From Nitrosomonadales bacterium (GTDB lineage Bacteria > Pseudomonadota > Gammaproteobacteria > Burkholderiales > Methylophilaceae), in contig JAHEAL010000007.1 in the NCBI GenBank assembly GCA_024642775.1, positions 3,761 to 67,760 of the forward strand: a stretch of 64,000 bases of DNA. The letters run 5' to 3'. This document shows, in pieces, positions 1 to 10,241 of this stretch. Within the stretch, counting starts at the first letter, position 1; each line of letters opens with the position of its first letter. Made by a program: the position numbers and the translations under genes. Under the pieces are notes generated by a model. The model made no database searches. It saw only the letters and a program-made list of their open reading frames with translations, and was not told where the DNA came from.

Positions 1-1
1 A

Positions 2-661
2 ATAATTGTCCTTGGCGGGGATGGGACTATGCTTGGCGTTGCTCGAGCTGTATCAAAGTTGAACACGCCAATAGTTGGCATCAATCAGGGAAGATTTGGA
101 TTTTTAGCCGATATAAGCTTTGATCTAATGGAGCAAGAGTTGACACAAATTCTTAATGGAGACCATTATACTGATCAAAGAATGTTGCTCGAGGTTTCAG
201 TTAAGCGTGATAATAAATTAATTTATGAATCAATTGCAATGAACGACATTGTAATAAAGAGTGGATCTCGTCTGATTGAGCTTGAACTTAGCGTTGGTCA
301 GAAGCTGTTGCATAATCAAAGATCTGATGGAATTATTGTTTCTACCCCAACAGGAACAACTGCCTATGCCCTCTCTGCAGGAGGGCCCATTCTTCATCCT
401 GATCTGAATGCAATTTCAATTGTCCCTATTAGTCCGCATACATTAAGTAATCGACCTATTGCTCTTAATGCTGATCAACAAATTGATGTAAAAATTATTG
501 ATATGGATGAGGGCTTTTTGAGTGTTGATGGGCAAATTAAATTTCCTTTAGATCTGAGGGATAAGATTTATATTAGAAAGTCTTTATTAACTGTCTCAAT
601 TCTCCATCCAAAAAATTATTGCTATTTTGAAATGTTAAGAAATAAATTAAACTGGGGCTGA
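2..661 (+). CDS. nadK: NAD(+) kinase, 5'-truncated at window edge
   Basis: The frame is open from base 2 (IIVLGGDGTMLG...), so the GGDGT signature precedes the first in-window ATG at 29. TPTGTTAYALSAGGPI motif present. nadK-recN adjacency as in E. coli. Confidence 0.9.
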   Translation: MIVLGGDGTMLGVARAVSKLNTPIVGINQGRFGFLADISFDLMEQELTQILNGDHYTDQRMLLEVSVKRDNKLIYESIAMNDIVIKSGSRLIELELSVGQKLLHNQRSDGIIVSTPTGTTAYALSAGGPILHPDLNAISIVPISPHTLSNRPIALNADQQIDVKIIDMDEGFLSVDGQIKFPLDLRDKIYIRKSLLTVSILHPKNYCYFEMLRNKLNWG

Positions 662-665
662 TCGC

Positions 666-2315
666 ATGTTAAAAAATTTAACTATTTTTAATTATGTGAT
701 TGTTGAAAAGTTAAATCTCAACTTTAAGAACGGCTTTACGGCTTTAACTGGTGAAACGGGGGCAGGTAAATCAATTTTAATTGATGCACTATCTTTGTCT
801 TTAGGGTTAAGAAGTGAATCTGGACTTGTGCGCAAAAATTCAGAAAAATCAGAAATTATTTCTGAATTTGATATTTCATCTAATTTTCCTGCAATTGAGT
901 GGCTGAAAGAGAATGAATTATATGAGGGGGAAGAATTATTTCTCAGGCGTCTAATTTTTCCTGATGGCAAGTCAAAAGGATTTATAAACTCGATCCCATG
1001 CCCAATCTCAAAATTAAAAGATATAGGCGAGCTACTCATAGACATTTATAGCCAAAATTCTTTTCACTCTTTAGTTTTACCTAAAACTCAATTAAGTATT
1101 TTAGATTCATATGCCAATTGTGGTGAATTATTAAAAGAGACTCGCTCTTTATATGACGAATGGCATAGTGTTAATGAAAAAAAAATAACTTTTGAAGATA
1201 ATAAAAAAAATCTCCAACATGAGTACGAAGAGTTAAAAAATAAAATAGAAGATTATAAAAAACTAAATTTTACTTTCGATGACTGGGAGTTTAAGCAAAA
1301 TGAGCATAAAGCTTTAAGTAATGCTAAGGAAATTGCCAGATTGATTCATCATGCATCAGAGCTGGTATCTGGGGAAGAGATTTCTATGGCCTCATCTTGT
1401 AAAGAATTGGATAGATTTTTGCAAGAGGCGGCGAGTATGGATGAAAGATTGGGTGAAAATAAAGAAATTACTGAAAATATTATGATTCAGTTAAATGAGT
1501 TAAATAGAAACTTAAGTCATTACTTAAGCCAACTTGAAGATAATGAAAATAAGATTGTCGAGTTAGAGCAATTCATTCAAATAGTTTTTGACTTTTCAAG
1601 AAAGTACGGCATCCTGCCAGAATTTTTTGAATCAAGTTTTAATGAATGGGAAATTAGATTTCAGGAGCTGGCTGATCTTTTTGAAGAAAATATTTATGAG
1701 CTCAAAGAAAGAGAATTATTTGAAAATTTCACTCAATCTGCAAATCAACTATCGAAATTAAGGATTAAAAATGCAGAGGAGTTATCTAAGAAGATCACAG
1801 GTTTACTAAATGACCTTTCTTTTAAGTCCGCTGTTTTTAAAGCTGAAGTGACTCAGTCAAATCCTTATAGAGAGGGGATTGATCATGTTTCTTTTGGAAT
1901 TAAAACTTATGAGGGTGCTAATATTGCTCCGATTTCAAAAGTTGCATCCGGTGGTGAATTATCAAGAATAAGCTTAGCCATTCGAGTGGCCTCAGCAGAG
2001 AATAGCGGTGTGCCAGTAATGATATTTGATGAGGTCGACGTAGGTATTGGAGGTAGTGTCGCAGAAATTGTTGGAAATTTACTTTTTAAATTGGGAAAAT
2101 TCCAGCAAGTTTTTTCAATTACACATCTTGCCCAAGTGGCTGCAAAGTCAAATCATCACTATAAAGTGGTAAAACAGGAATTTTCTGACTCGGTTACATC
2201 AAATATTGAATTATTAAATGCACAAGATCGTGTTAATGAAATAGCAAGGATGGTTGGTGGAGTCGATATTACAGAGGCAACCTTAAGCTATGCTAAAGAA
2301 ATGTTAACTCAATAA
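666..2315 (+). CDS. recN: DNA repair protein RecN
   Basis: 549 aa. Walker A GETGAGKS, long coiled-coil middle, SMC-type signature ASGGELSRISLA and Walker B MIFDEVD. Confidence 0.93.
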   Translation: MLKNLTIFNYVIVEKLNLNFKNGFTALTGETGAGKSILIDALSLSLGLRSESGLVRKNSEKSEIISEFDISSNFPAIEWLKENELYEGEELFLRRLIFPDGKSKGFINSIPCPISKLKDIGELLIDIYSQNSFHSLVLPKTQLSILDSYANCGELLKETRSLYDEWHSVNEKKITFEDNKKNLQHEYEELKNKIEDYKKLNFTFDDWEFKQNEHKALSNAKEIARLIHHASELVSGEEISMASSCKELDRFLQEAASMDERLGENKEITENIMIQLNELNRNLSHYLSQLEDNENKIVELEQFIQIVFDFSRKYGILPEFFESSFNEWEIRFQELADLFEENIYELKERELFENFTQSANQLSKLRIKNAEELSKKITGLLNDLSFKSAVFKAEVTQSNPYREGIDHVSFGIKTYEGANIAPISKVASGGELSRISLAIRVASAENSGVPVMIFDEVDVGIGGSVAEIVGNLLFKLGKFQQVFSITHLAQVAAKSNHHYKVVKQEFSDSVTSNIELLNAQDRVNEIARMVGGVDITEATLSYAKEMLTQ

Positions 2316-2316
2316 A

Positions 2317-2742
2317 CTATTTTTTGTGAGGACAAGGTTTTTTTGTGCAGTCGCCGTATATGTATAAAGAATGATCAATGATTTGAAAACCATTTTTCTC
2401 GGCAATAACTTTTTGACGATTTTCAATTTCCGCATCCACAAATTCTTCCACATAACCGCATTGAAGACATACTATGTGGTCGTGGTGTGATTCTTCATTG
2501 AGTTCATATACCGCTTTACCACTTTCAAAGTGATGTTTCAGTAATAAGCCCGCTTGTTCAAACTGAGTTAAAACTCTATAAATTGTGGCAAGACCAATAT
2601 CTTCTCCATTGTTTATCATAATCTTATAAATTTCTTCAGCAGATAAGTGCTTTTCACGATTGTTTTCGAAAATGTTTAGTACCCTGAGGCGTGGGATCGT
2701 TGCCTTGAGGCCGGTTTTTTTAAAATCTACATGATCTTCCAT
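2317..2742 (-). CDS. fur: Ferric uptake regulator Fur
   Basis: Fur-like winged helix (GLKATIPRLRVL, LATIYRVLTQFEQAGLL), HHDH and CLQCG metal-site motifs. The ORF-track start at 2757 is a TTG extension; the ATG at 2742 (MEDHVDFKKTGLK) aligns with the E. coli Fur N-terminus. Divergent from bamE, as in Pseudomonas recN-fur-omlA. Confidence 0.9.
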   Translation of the reverse strand: MEDHVDFKKTGLKATIPRLRVLNIFENNREKHLSAEEIYKIMINNGEDIGLATIYRVLTQFEQAGLLLKHHFESGKAVYELNEESHHDHIVCLQCGYVEEFVDAEIENRQKVIAEKNGFQIIDHSLYIYGDCTKKPCPHKK

Positions 2743-2824
2743 AATTTTCCAATACAATGAATTTTTTTTATCTTCACCATGTTATATTAATCATCTTTAG
2801 ATTTCAAAGAAATAAAAGAAACGT

Positions 2825-3610
2825 ATGATGGTAAAAAAAATATTCTTAATTGCTATTATTCCACTTTTATTATCGAGTTGTTCAGTAAAAAGCCCTATTG
2901 ATTATTTTGAAGGGAAGATATACAAACTTGATGTTCAACAAGGAAACATTGTAACCCCCCAAATGATTGCCGGTTTAAAGCCCCGTATGACACGATCTCA
3001 GGTTAGGTTTGTACTGGGAACACCTCTTATCCAAGATGCTTTTCATAAAGATAGATGGGATTATATTTTTAGGTTAATTAAGAATGAGCAGCTGATTGAA
3101 GAAAGACATATTGTGGTTAAATTTGAGGATGACGAACTTGTAAGTATTAAAGGCGATTTAATTAACTCTGACACTGTATTAGTAGGAGCCGCAACTGAGA
3201 AAAAAACAAAAATTATTGCATTATCAAAAGAAGATTATGCTGAAGAAAAGTCCAACAAAAAGTCACTTTTGAATCGTATGAAGTTCTGGGAGGATGATGA
3301 AAAAGTTGATGCAAAGAAAAAAGAAGAAGCGACTGATGCAAAAATTAAAAAGGAAATGATTGAAAATAAAACTAATACTAATGTTTCGGATGGAAGTAAT
3401 GAAAAAGAAACCTACGAAATGGAAACTGAAAAATCATTAATTGATGATAAAATCGACACAGAAACAGTTGAAAAAAATACAGAAAATTTAGTAAAAATAG
3501 ATGATGAACAATCGGTTAGCAAATCTATCGAGGAAGATATTTTAAATTCTTTACCGGATGAATCGGACCCGGCTTACTTTGATTTATTATTAGAAAAAAT
3601 TGGATTTTAA
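2825..3610 (+). CDS. bamE: Outer membrane protein assembly factor BamE (SmpA/OmlA) with long charged C-terminal extension
   Basis: Lipoprotein signal with lipobox LLSSC. The BamE core (QGNIVTPQMIAGLKPRMTRSQVRFVLGTPLIQDAFHKDRWDYIF) occupies roughly the first 120 aa. The remaining ~135 aa is K/E/D/T-rich low complexity. Confidence 0.85.
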   Translation: MMVKKIFLIAIIPLLLSSCSVKSPIDYFEGKIYKLDVQQGNIVTPQMIAGLKPRMTRSQVRFVLGTPLIQDAFHKDRWDYIFRLIKNEQLIEERHIVVKFEDDELVSIKGDLINSDTVLVGAATEKKTKIIALSKEDYAEEKSNKKSLLNRMKFWEDDEKVDAKKKEEATDAKIKKEMIENKTNTNVSDGSNEKETYEMETEKSLIDDKIDTETVEKNTENLVKIDDEQSVSKSIEEDILNSLPDESDPAYFDLLLEKIGF

Positions 3611-3616
3611 TTAATT

Positions 3617-4429
3617 ATGAATTTACTCAATATTGCAGTTATGGGATCAACAGGAAAGATGGGTCAATCTTTAATTCAGCTGATAGTTAAAAATCAGGAA
3701 TTTAAATTAACTGGTGCTCATGAAATTTCTAACAACCCAAGTATTGGAAAAGATGCTGGATACTTTATTGGTGAACAAACAGGAGTTCTGATTACAGAAA
3801 ACTTAGATGAAGTTTTTAATGAATCTCAGGTAGTTATTGATTTTACAAGGCCAGATGCCTCACTCAAGTCTATTGAAAAGGCAAGAAAATTAAATAAAAA
3901 GATAGCTTATGTTCTTGGAACAACGGGGTTTAATAAAACTGAAATTGAAAGTATTAAATCAGCAAGTCAAGATATGCCTATATGTTTTGCACCTAACATG
4001 AGTGTTGGTGTGAATGTTTTAATTAGTTTGATAGAAAAGGCGGCGAATAATCTTAAAGACTATGATATTGAAATTGTTGAAGCTCACCATAAACATAAAG
4101 TTGACGCCCCTTCGGGAACTGCAATAAGGCTTGGCCAGGCGGCGGCTGATGGAGCAGGAATTGATTTGGATACCAATGCTGTTTATTCAAGATATGGTCG
4201 TGAGGAAAAGCGCGCTACTAATGAAATTGGTTTTTCAACAATCAGGGCTGGCGACATTGTTGGAGAACATACTGTAATTTTTGCTGGGGATGGAGAAAGA
4301 ATTGAGCTTACGCACAAAGCAACAAGCAGGCTTAATTTTGCCTCGGGAGCATTGACAGCTGCAAAGTACATTTCAAATGAAGCAAATGGACTTTTTGATA
4401 TGCAGGATGTATTAAATCTCAAAAAATAG
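3617..4429 (+). CDS. dapB: 4-hydroxy-tetrahydrodipicolinate reductase
   Basis: 270 aa. N-terminal GSTGKMG Rossmann motif and EAHHKHKVDAPSGTA signature. dapB-carAB order as in E. coli. Confidence 0.93.
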   Translation: MNLLNIAVMGSTGKMGQSLIQLIVKNQEFKLTGAHEISNNPSIGKDAGYFIGEQTGVLITENLDEVFNESQVVIDFTRPDASLKSIEKARKLNKKIAYVLGTTGFNKTEIESIKSASQDMPICFAPNMSVGVNVLISLIEKAANNLKDYDIEIVEAHHKHKVDAPSGTAIRLGQAAADGAGIDLDTNAVYSRYGREEKRATNEIGFSTIRAGDIVGEHTVIFAGDGERIELTHKATSRLNFASGALTAAKYISNEANGLFDMQDVLNLKK

Positions 4430-4528
4430 TCATTTTTCATTGAATGGAATTTGATAATCTAATATAATTCAAAAGTTTGAAAGATCTCATCTTTTAAGCA
4501 CTTCAAAAAATTAAAACGGGAGTATTGC

Positions 4529-5662
4529 TTGTCGGAAAATAGACCGGCCTTTTTATTGCTAGAAGATGGAACAGTATTCCATGGACTATCAATTGGCGCT
4601 GATGTAGAGTCTATTGGAGAGGTAGTTTTTAATACCTCCATGACTGGATACCAAGAAATTCTTACCGATCCGTCTTATTCAGAACAAATTGTTACCTTAA
4701 CTTACCCCCATATTGGAAATACAGGAACTAACTCAGAAGATTTTGAAAGTTCGAAGGTTTATTGCAAAGGGCTTATTATTCATGACCTTTCTCAGATAAG
4801 TTCTAATTTCCGCAGTAATTCAGATTTGCAACAGTTTTTGATAAAAAATAAAATTCCAGCTCTAACTGGAATTGATACTCGAAGATTAACGAGACATATC
4901 AGAAAAAATGGTGCCCAACCTGGGGTGATTGTTCATCAGAATGATTCTCAATTGAGTCAAAAATTATTTGATACTTTCCCTGGTCTTTCAGGTTTGGATC
5001 TAGCAAAAAAAGTAACTACCAATGATATTTATGAATTCACTGAAGGTGAATGGTCATTGGAATATGGTTTTGAGAAAAGCCCTAAAACAACCGTTCATGT
5101 AGTTGCATATGATTTTGGTGTAAAAAAGAATATCTTAAGAATGTTAGTTTCCAGAGGCGCTAAGGTAACGGTAGTACCTGCTAAAACAAGTGTTGATAAA
5201 GTCATTGAGCTTAACCCAGATGGAATTTTCTTATCTAACGGACCGGGAGATCCAGAGCCATGTGATTATGCAATAAGTAATATTAAAGAATTTATTAACC
5301 GAAAAATTCCTATTTTTGGGATTTGCTTGGGTCATCAGCTTCTGTCTTTGGCTTTGGGTGCAAAAACAAAAAAGATGAAGTTTGGGCATCATGGTGCCAA
5401 TCATCCAGTTCAAGATTTGGTAACAAAAAAAGTTTTCATTACCAGTCAAAATCATGGCTTTACAGTTGATGAGAGCTCACTAAATGACAATATTGTTGTC
5501 ACCCACAAGTCACTGTTTGATCAAACAATTCAAGGCATAGAAACAAAAGATAAATTAGCATTTAGCTTTCAAGGTCACCCTGAGGCAAGTCCTGGTCCAA
5601 CTGAAATGTCATATTTATTTGATCAGTTTTTTAAATTAATAAATACCTCTAGGGAGATCTGA
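4529..5662 (+). CDS. carA: Carbamoyl-phosphate synthase small (glutaminase) subunit
   Basis: 377 aa. [12 protein letters not shown]-terminus and GICLGHQ catalytic Cys motif. TTG start at 4529 lies 6 nt after GGGAG; there is no in-frame ATG upstream of the conserved N-terminus. Confidence 0.93.
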   Translation: MSENRPAFLLLEDGTVFHGLSIGADVESIGEVVFNTSMTGYQEILTDPSYSEQIVTLTYPHIGNTGTNSEDFESSKVYCKGLIIHDLSQISSNFRSNSDLQQFLIKNKIPALTGIDTRRLTRHIRKNGAQPGVIVHQNDSQLSQKLFDTFPGLSGLDLAKKVTTNDIYEFTEGEWSLEYGFEKSPKTTVHVVAYDFGVKKNILRMLVSRGAKVTVVPAKTSVDKVIELNPDGIFLSNGPGDPEPCDYAISNIKEFINRKIPIFGICLGHQLLSLALGAKTKKMKFGHHGANHPVQDLVTKKVFITSQNHGFTVDESSLNDNIVVTHKSLFDQTIQGIETKDKLAFSFQGHPEASPGPTEMSYLFDQFFKLINTSREI

Positions 5663-8600
5663 TTGGCTAAAAGAGATGATATTAAGTCTATTCTAATCAT
5701 TGGTGCCGGTCCAATCGTTATTGGACAAGCCTGCGAATTTGATTATTCAGGGGCCCAAGCTTGTAAAGCATTAAAAGAAGAGGGTTATAGGGTCATACTT
5801 GTCAATTCAAATCCAGCTACGATTATGACGGACCCAAATTTAGCTGATGCTACTTACATTGAGCCCATTCAGTGGGAGGTTGTTGAAAAAATCATAGCTA
5901 AAGAAAATCCCGATGCCTTATTGCCAACAATGGGTGGTCAAACTGCACTGAATTGCGCATTGGATTTAGATCGCCACGGGGTACTTAAAAAATATAATGT
6001 TGAAATGATTGGAGCTTCAAAAGAGGCAATTGATAAAGCTGAAGATAGACAGTTGTTTAAAGAAGCAATGACCAAGATTGGTTTATCATCAGCTAGATCT
6101 GCGATTGCTCATAGTCTAGAAGAGGCTCACCAAGTTCAGGCTTCAATAGGGTATCCGGCAATTATAAGACCATCTTTCACAATGGGTGGAAGTGGTGGGG
6201 GAATCGCTTACAATAAAGAAGAATTTATTGAGATATGTGAAAGAGGACTGGATGCTTCTCCTACAAAGGAATTATTAATTGAAGAATCCATGCTGGGATG
6301 GAAAGAATATGAGATGGAGGTGGTTAGGGATAAAAATGACAATTGCATTATTATCTGCTCCATTGAAAACCTTGACCCTATGGGAGTTCATACTGGCGAT
6401 TCGATAACAGTTGCCCCTGCTCAAACACTAACTGATAAAGAATATCAAATAATGAGATCAGCATCGATTGCTGTGTTGAGAGAAATTGGAGTTGATACCG
6501 GCGGCTCAAATGTTCAGTTTGCTGTAAATCCTGATGACGGAAGACTGATCGTCATAGAAATGAATCCGAGAGTATCAAGGTCATCTGCTCTTGCCTCAAA
6601 AGCAACCGGCTTTCCAATTGCTAAAATCGCTGCAAAACTCGCTGTAGGCTATACATTGGATGAGCTAGATAATGATATAACTGGAGGAAAAACACCTGCA
6701 TCATTTGAGCCCAGCATAGATTATGTAGTAACAAAAATACCAAGATTTGCTTTTGAAAAATTTCCCAAAGCCGATAGTCATCTTACAACACAGATGAAAT
6801 CAGTTGGCGAAGTGATGGCTATTGGAAGAACTTTTCAGGAATCTTTTCAAAAAGCTCTTCGCGGACTTGAAACAGGAGTAAATGGCCTATCTTCCAAAAC
6901 TACTGATAAAGATTTAATAATTAATCAGCTTAGGCAGCCAGGTCCAGAAAGAATTTGGTTTTTGGCTGATGGTTTCAGGCAGGGCATGTCAATGCAGGAG
7001 ATTCACAATGAATCGAAAATCGATCCATGGTTCCTAATTCAAATTGAAGAGTTAATTGATTTGGAAAAAGAGATGTCTGGGCTTGGTCTGAGCAAAATCG
7101 ACCTCGAAACTCTCAAAAAATACAAAAAAAAGGGTTTTTCGGATCATAGAATTGCAGAGCTTAATAATATCTCTGAAAGAGAAATTCGCTCATTAAGAAA
7201 AAAATTAGGTATTAAACCTATTTTCAAAAGGGTGGATACCTGCGCAGCAGAATTTGAAACCTCCACGGCATACATGTATTCCAGTTACGACGAAGAATGT
7301 GAGGCACTGCCGAGTAAGAATAAAAAAATTATGATCCTCGGTGGGGGGCCAAATAGAATTGGTCAAGGCATTGAGTTTGATTATTGTTGCGTTCACGCAT
7401 CTTATGCTCTCAGAGAAGAGGGCTACGAAACTATAATGGTTAATTGTAATCCTGAAACAGTCTCTACGGATTATGATACCTCGGATAGATTATACTTTGA
7501 GCCAGTTACATTGGAAGATGTGTTAGAAATCGTTGATATTGAAAATCCAGATGGGGTAATTGTTCAGTATGGTGGGCAAACGCCATTAAAATTAGCTAAA
7601 GCACTTGAAGCTGAAGGAGTAAAAATTATTGGAACATCCCCAGAAGATATTGATGTTGCTGAGGATAGAGAAAGATTTCAAAAAGTTTTAATTGATTTAG
7701 GTTTAAATCAACCTCCAAACAGAACGGCAAGAACTCCCTCAGAAGCCATTCTCTTAGCCCAAGAGATAGGTTATCCATTAGTGGTAAGGCCAAGTTATGT
7801 GTTAGGGGGGAGGGCGATGGAAATTGTCCATGAAGAGTCGGATTTGCTGCGTTATATGACTGAGGCAGTTAAAGTATCCCATGAATCTCCTGTTTTACTT
7901 GATCGCTTCTTAAATGATGCCCAAGAAATTGATGTAGACGCGATTTCAGATGGTCAAAATGTTGTGGTCGGCGGAATAATGCAACATATTGAACAAGCCG
8001 GAGTTCACTCGGGCGATTCAGCATGCTCACTTCCCCCTTTTGATATGTCAGAAAAAATGGAGCTTGAGCTTATAAAGCAGACTAAAATGCTTGCAAAAGC
8101 ACTTAAGGTAAATGGTTTAATGAATATTCAATTTGCTCTCCAAGGTGATACCATTTATATTTTAGAAGTAAACCCAAGAGCATCTAGGACAGTTCCATTT
8201 GTTTCTAAAGCCATTGGAAGACCATTAGCAAAGATTGCAGCTAAAGTAATGGTTGGTCAAAGTTTAGAAAAACAAAATTTTTTAACCGAGGTCAGACCAG
8301 ATTTCTACTCCGTTAAGGAGGCAGTTTTTCCGTTTATCAAATTTCCTGGAGTCGATACAATTTTAGGTCCAGAAATGAAATCAACTGGAGAAGTAATGGG
8401 CTTAGGTAAGACCTTTGCTGAAGCTTTTATAAAATCTCAGCTTGGTGCAGGAACAACCTTGCCTTTCCAAGGAAAAGCTTTTTTAAGTGTTAGAAAAGAA
8501 GACCATGAAAATATTATTGAAATTGCTCAGTCACTTGCAAAAATGGGGTTTGACTTAGTTGCTACTGATGGAACAGCTCGGGCCATTAAAGAGGCTGGAT

Positions 8601-8857
8601 TGATGGTTCAAAGAATAAATAAAGTTGCTCAAGGGCGACCTCACATCGTTGACATGATTAAAAATAATGAGATCGACTTTATTGTCAATATAACAGAAGA
8701 TAAACAAGCTATCGCAGATTCATATACGATACGTAGAAATGCGTTAATGAACAAAGTGACTTATTACACAACATTGTCAGGAGCGAAGGCAGCTTGTGTA
8801 GGGATGTCATTTGTTGAAGAGTTTCAAGTGAGTTCAATTCAAAGCTTGCATAACTAA
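5663..8857 (+). CDS. carB: Carbamoyl-phosphate synthase large subunit
   Basis: 1064 aa with duplicated ATP-grasp halves. N-terminus [31 protein letters not shown] start directly abuts the carA TGA (TGATTG) and lies 7 nt after AGGGAG. Confidence 0.95.
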   Translation: MAKRDDIKSILIIGAGPIVIGQACEFDYSGAQACKALKEEGYRVILVNSNPATIMTDPNLADATYIEPIQWEVVEKIIAKENPDALLPTMGGQTALNCALDLDRHGVLKKYNVEMIGASKEAIDKAEDRQLFKEAMTKIGLSSARSAIAHSLEEAHQVQASIGYPAIIRPSFTMGGSGGGIAYNKEEFIEICERGLDASPTKELLIEESMLGWKEYEMEVVRDKNDNCIIICSIENLDPMGVHTGDSITVAPAQTLTDKEYQIMRSASIAVLREIGVDTGGSNVQFAVNPDDGRLIVIEMNPRVSRSSALASKATGFPIAKIAAKLAVGYTLDELDNDITGGKTPASFEPSIDYVVTKIPRFAFEKFPKADSHLTTQMKSVGEVMAIGRTFQESFQKALRGLETGVNGLSSKTTDKDLIINQLRQPGPERIWFLADGFRQGMSMQEIHNESKIDPWFLIQIEELIDLEKEMSGLGLSKIDLETLKKYKKKGFSDHRIAELNNISEREIRSLRKKLGIKPIFKRVDTCAAEFETSTAYMYSSYDEECEALPSKNKKIMILGGGPNRIGQGIEFDYCCVHASYALREEGYETIMVNCNPETVSTDYDTSDRLYFEPVTLEDVLEIVDIENPDGVIVQYGGQTPLKLAKALEAEGVKIIGTSPEDIDVAEDRERFQKVLIDLGLNQPPNRTARTPSEAILLAQEIGYPLVVRPSYVLGGRAMEIVHEESDLLRYMTEAVKVSHESPVLLDRFLNDAQEIDVDAISDGQNVVVGGIMQHIEQAGVHSGDSACSLPPFDMSEKMELELIKQTKMLAKALKVNGLMNIQFALQGDTIYILEVNPRASRTVPFVSKAIGRPLAKIAAKVMVGQSLEKQNFLTEVRPDFYSVKEAVFPFIKFPGVDTILGPEMKSTGEVMGLGKTFAEAFIKSQLGAGTTLPFQGKAFLSVRKEDHENIIEIAQSLAKMGFDLVATDGTARAIKEAGLMVQRINKVAQGRPHIVDMIKNNEIDFIVNITEDKQAIADSYTIRRNALMNKVTYYTTLSGAKAACVGMSFVEEFQVSSIQSLHN

Positions 8858-8957
8858 AATAGTCTATTTAAAATCAATAAATAGTTTAACCACAATTGTT
8901 ACCCTGCCTTATTTTTACAATAAGTCTGGTAGTTTTTGAATTTATAAAAGGTAGAAA

Positions 8958-9437
8958 ATGGCAAGTCAAATTCCAATGACGCGATTTGGAGTAGAGCGTT
9001 TAAAAGAAGAGCTTCATCAATTAAAAAGTCAGGATAGACCAAATATTATCCAAGCGATTGCGGAAGCAAGAGCGCAGGGAGATTTATCCGAAAATGCAGA
9101 GTATGAGTCTGCTAAAGAACGCCAAGGTTTTATTGAGGGAAGAATTTCTGAAATTGAAGCAAAACTTTCTAATGTGCAAGTTATAGATCCCTCCTCACTG
9201 AATGCGGAAGGAAAATGTGTTTTTGGTTCAACCGTAGAATTAGAAGATTTGGATGAGGAGAAATCATTTACTTACCAGATAGTAGGCGATGACGAAGCTG
9301 ATATTAAATTAAATAAAATATCCATTAGCTCCCCTTTATCTAGATCCTTAATTGGAAAAGAAGAGGGTGATGTTGTTGAATTTGATGCACCTGGCGGTCT
9401 TAAAACATTTGAAATTATTTCAGTCAAATACATATGA
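8958..9437 (+). CDS. greA: Transcription elongation factor GreA
   Basis: 159 aa. Coiled-coil N-domain with the acidic tip [14 protein letters not shown]. Confidence 0.93.
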   Translation: MASQIPMTRFGVERLKEELHQLKSQDRPNIIQAIAEARAQGDLSENAEYESAKERQGFIEGRISEIEAKLSNVQVIDPSSLNAEGKCVFGSTVELEDLDEEKSFTYQIVGDDEADIKLNKISISSPLSRSLIGKEEGDVVEFDAPGGLKTFEIISVKYI

Positions 9438-9868
9438 ATCTTATAATTAAGATTTTACTTAATATTTGGGTTGGATCTTTATGGTGGATGATGTTTGTGG
9501 CAATCATTATTTTTGAAAAAATACCAACCTCATTCTTGGCAGGAAAAGTTGCTGGAGAGCTTTTTCAGTATCTTGCTTATTTTGGTTTTATTGTGGTTAG
9601 TATTTTAATTACCCGTCTTATTAAAATAAACGGACTAAGTTTTTTCAAGGAATTGAATTTTTGGATTTGTTTTTTTATTTTCTCCATACTCGTTATTAAC
9701 TATTTTGGTATCCATCCATTATTAGAGGCACTAAAGGTTAAAGCACTTCCTAAGGAGGTTATGGAGAGCGTATTTGCTGATCGATTTTCAATGTGGCATG
9801 GAGTTTCGAGTATTGCCTATCTTATACAGTCGGTTTTAGCATGTTTATTAATGGTTAGATGGCGCTAG
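9434..9868 (+). CDS. DUF4149-like integral membrane protein
   Basis: 144 aa with four predicted TM helices. ATGA overlap with the greA stop. The position between greA and yhbY matches the betaproteobacterial DUF4149 gene as I recall it; the family assignment rests on synteny and topology only. Confidence 0.55.
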   Translation: MNLIIKILLNIWVGSLWWMMFVAIIIFEKIPTSFLAGKVAGELFQYLAYFGFIVVSILITRLIKINGLSFFKELNFWICFFIFSILVINYFGIHPLLEALKVKALPKEVMESVFADRFSMWHGVSSIAYLIQSVLACLLMVRWR

Positions 9869-10149
9869 AAGTTAAACTTATTTTTATCGGGATTAAGTTT
9901 AAAAAAAGTAGCTTGATTCCCAATTAATTGAATAAATTCAGAGTTTGTTTTGGTTGATATTTCGTTTGCTAATTGCTCCCTAATGCTCTTGGTTTCACCT
10001 AAAATTTTGATTTTGATTAATTCATGAGAGTTGATTGTATTTTCAACCTCCTTGATAAAGTTTTGTGTAATACCTGAGTTTCCTAGGCTAACAGTATTTT
10101 TGATATGGTGAGCATGAGACTTCAACAATTTTTTTTGTGCATTATTCAT
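9865..10149 (-). CDS. yhbY: Ribosome assembly RNA-binding protein YhbY (CRM domain)
   Basis: MNNAQKKLLKSHAHHIKNTVSLGNSGITQNFIKEVENTINSHELIKIKI aligns residue for residue with E. coli YhbY. The ORF-track start at 10185 is a TTG extension; the ATG at 10149 fits. Confidence 0.85.
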   Translation of the reverse strand: MNNAQKKLLKSHAHHIKNTVSLGNSGITQNFIKEVENTINSHELIKIKILGETKSIREQLANEISTKTNSEFIQLIGNQATFFKLNPDKNKFNF

Positions 10150-10241
10150 AATTAATTCTATATTATTGACTATAATAGGGATCAATTCCCGACCTGATTA
10201 TTTTACAGTAATTAAAATTTTTTTATAAAGATATAACCATT

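Noticed and set aside
560-665. LexA (SOS) box upstream of recN.
   Set aside because: The nadK-recN spacer is 4 nt. The only CTGT in the nadK 3' end (CTGTCTCAATTCTCCA) lacks the ACAG half-site.
692-1045. 117-aa ORF antisense to recN. Similar antisense ORFs occur at 10223..10516, 12770..13105, 23082..23381, 38962..39282 and 55752..56048.
   Set aside because: All lie wholly inside well-supported genes on the opposite strand. They have low-complexity, codon-shadow-like composition and no start-site signals, and are typical shadow ORFs of A+T-rich DNA.
2758-2824. Fur box in the fur/bamE divergent intergenic region (TGTTATATTAATCATCTTT).
   Set aside because: The resemblance to GATAATGATAATCATTATC is only partial, and in A+T-rich DNA that is not distinguishable from background by eye.
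4430-4528. ARG-box/PurR-type operator upstream of carA.
   Set aside because: TGAAT/ATTCA-like fragments are present (TTGAATGGAATTTGA, ATATAATTCA), but no properly spaced 18-bp ARG box could be assembled.
8858-8957. 13-bp palindrome AAATAG-T-CTATTT after carB as a terminator or sRNA.
   Set aside because: The stem is all A/T and very weak, with no T-tract. It is more likely chance symmetry in the greA promoter region.
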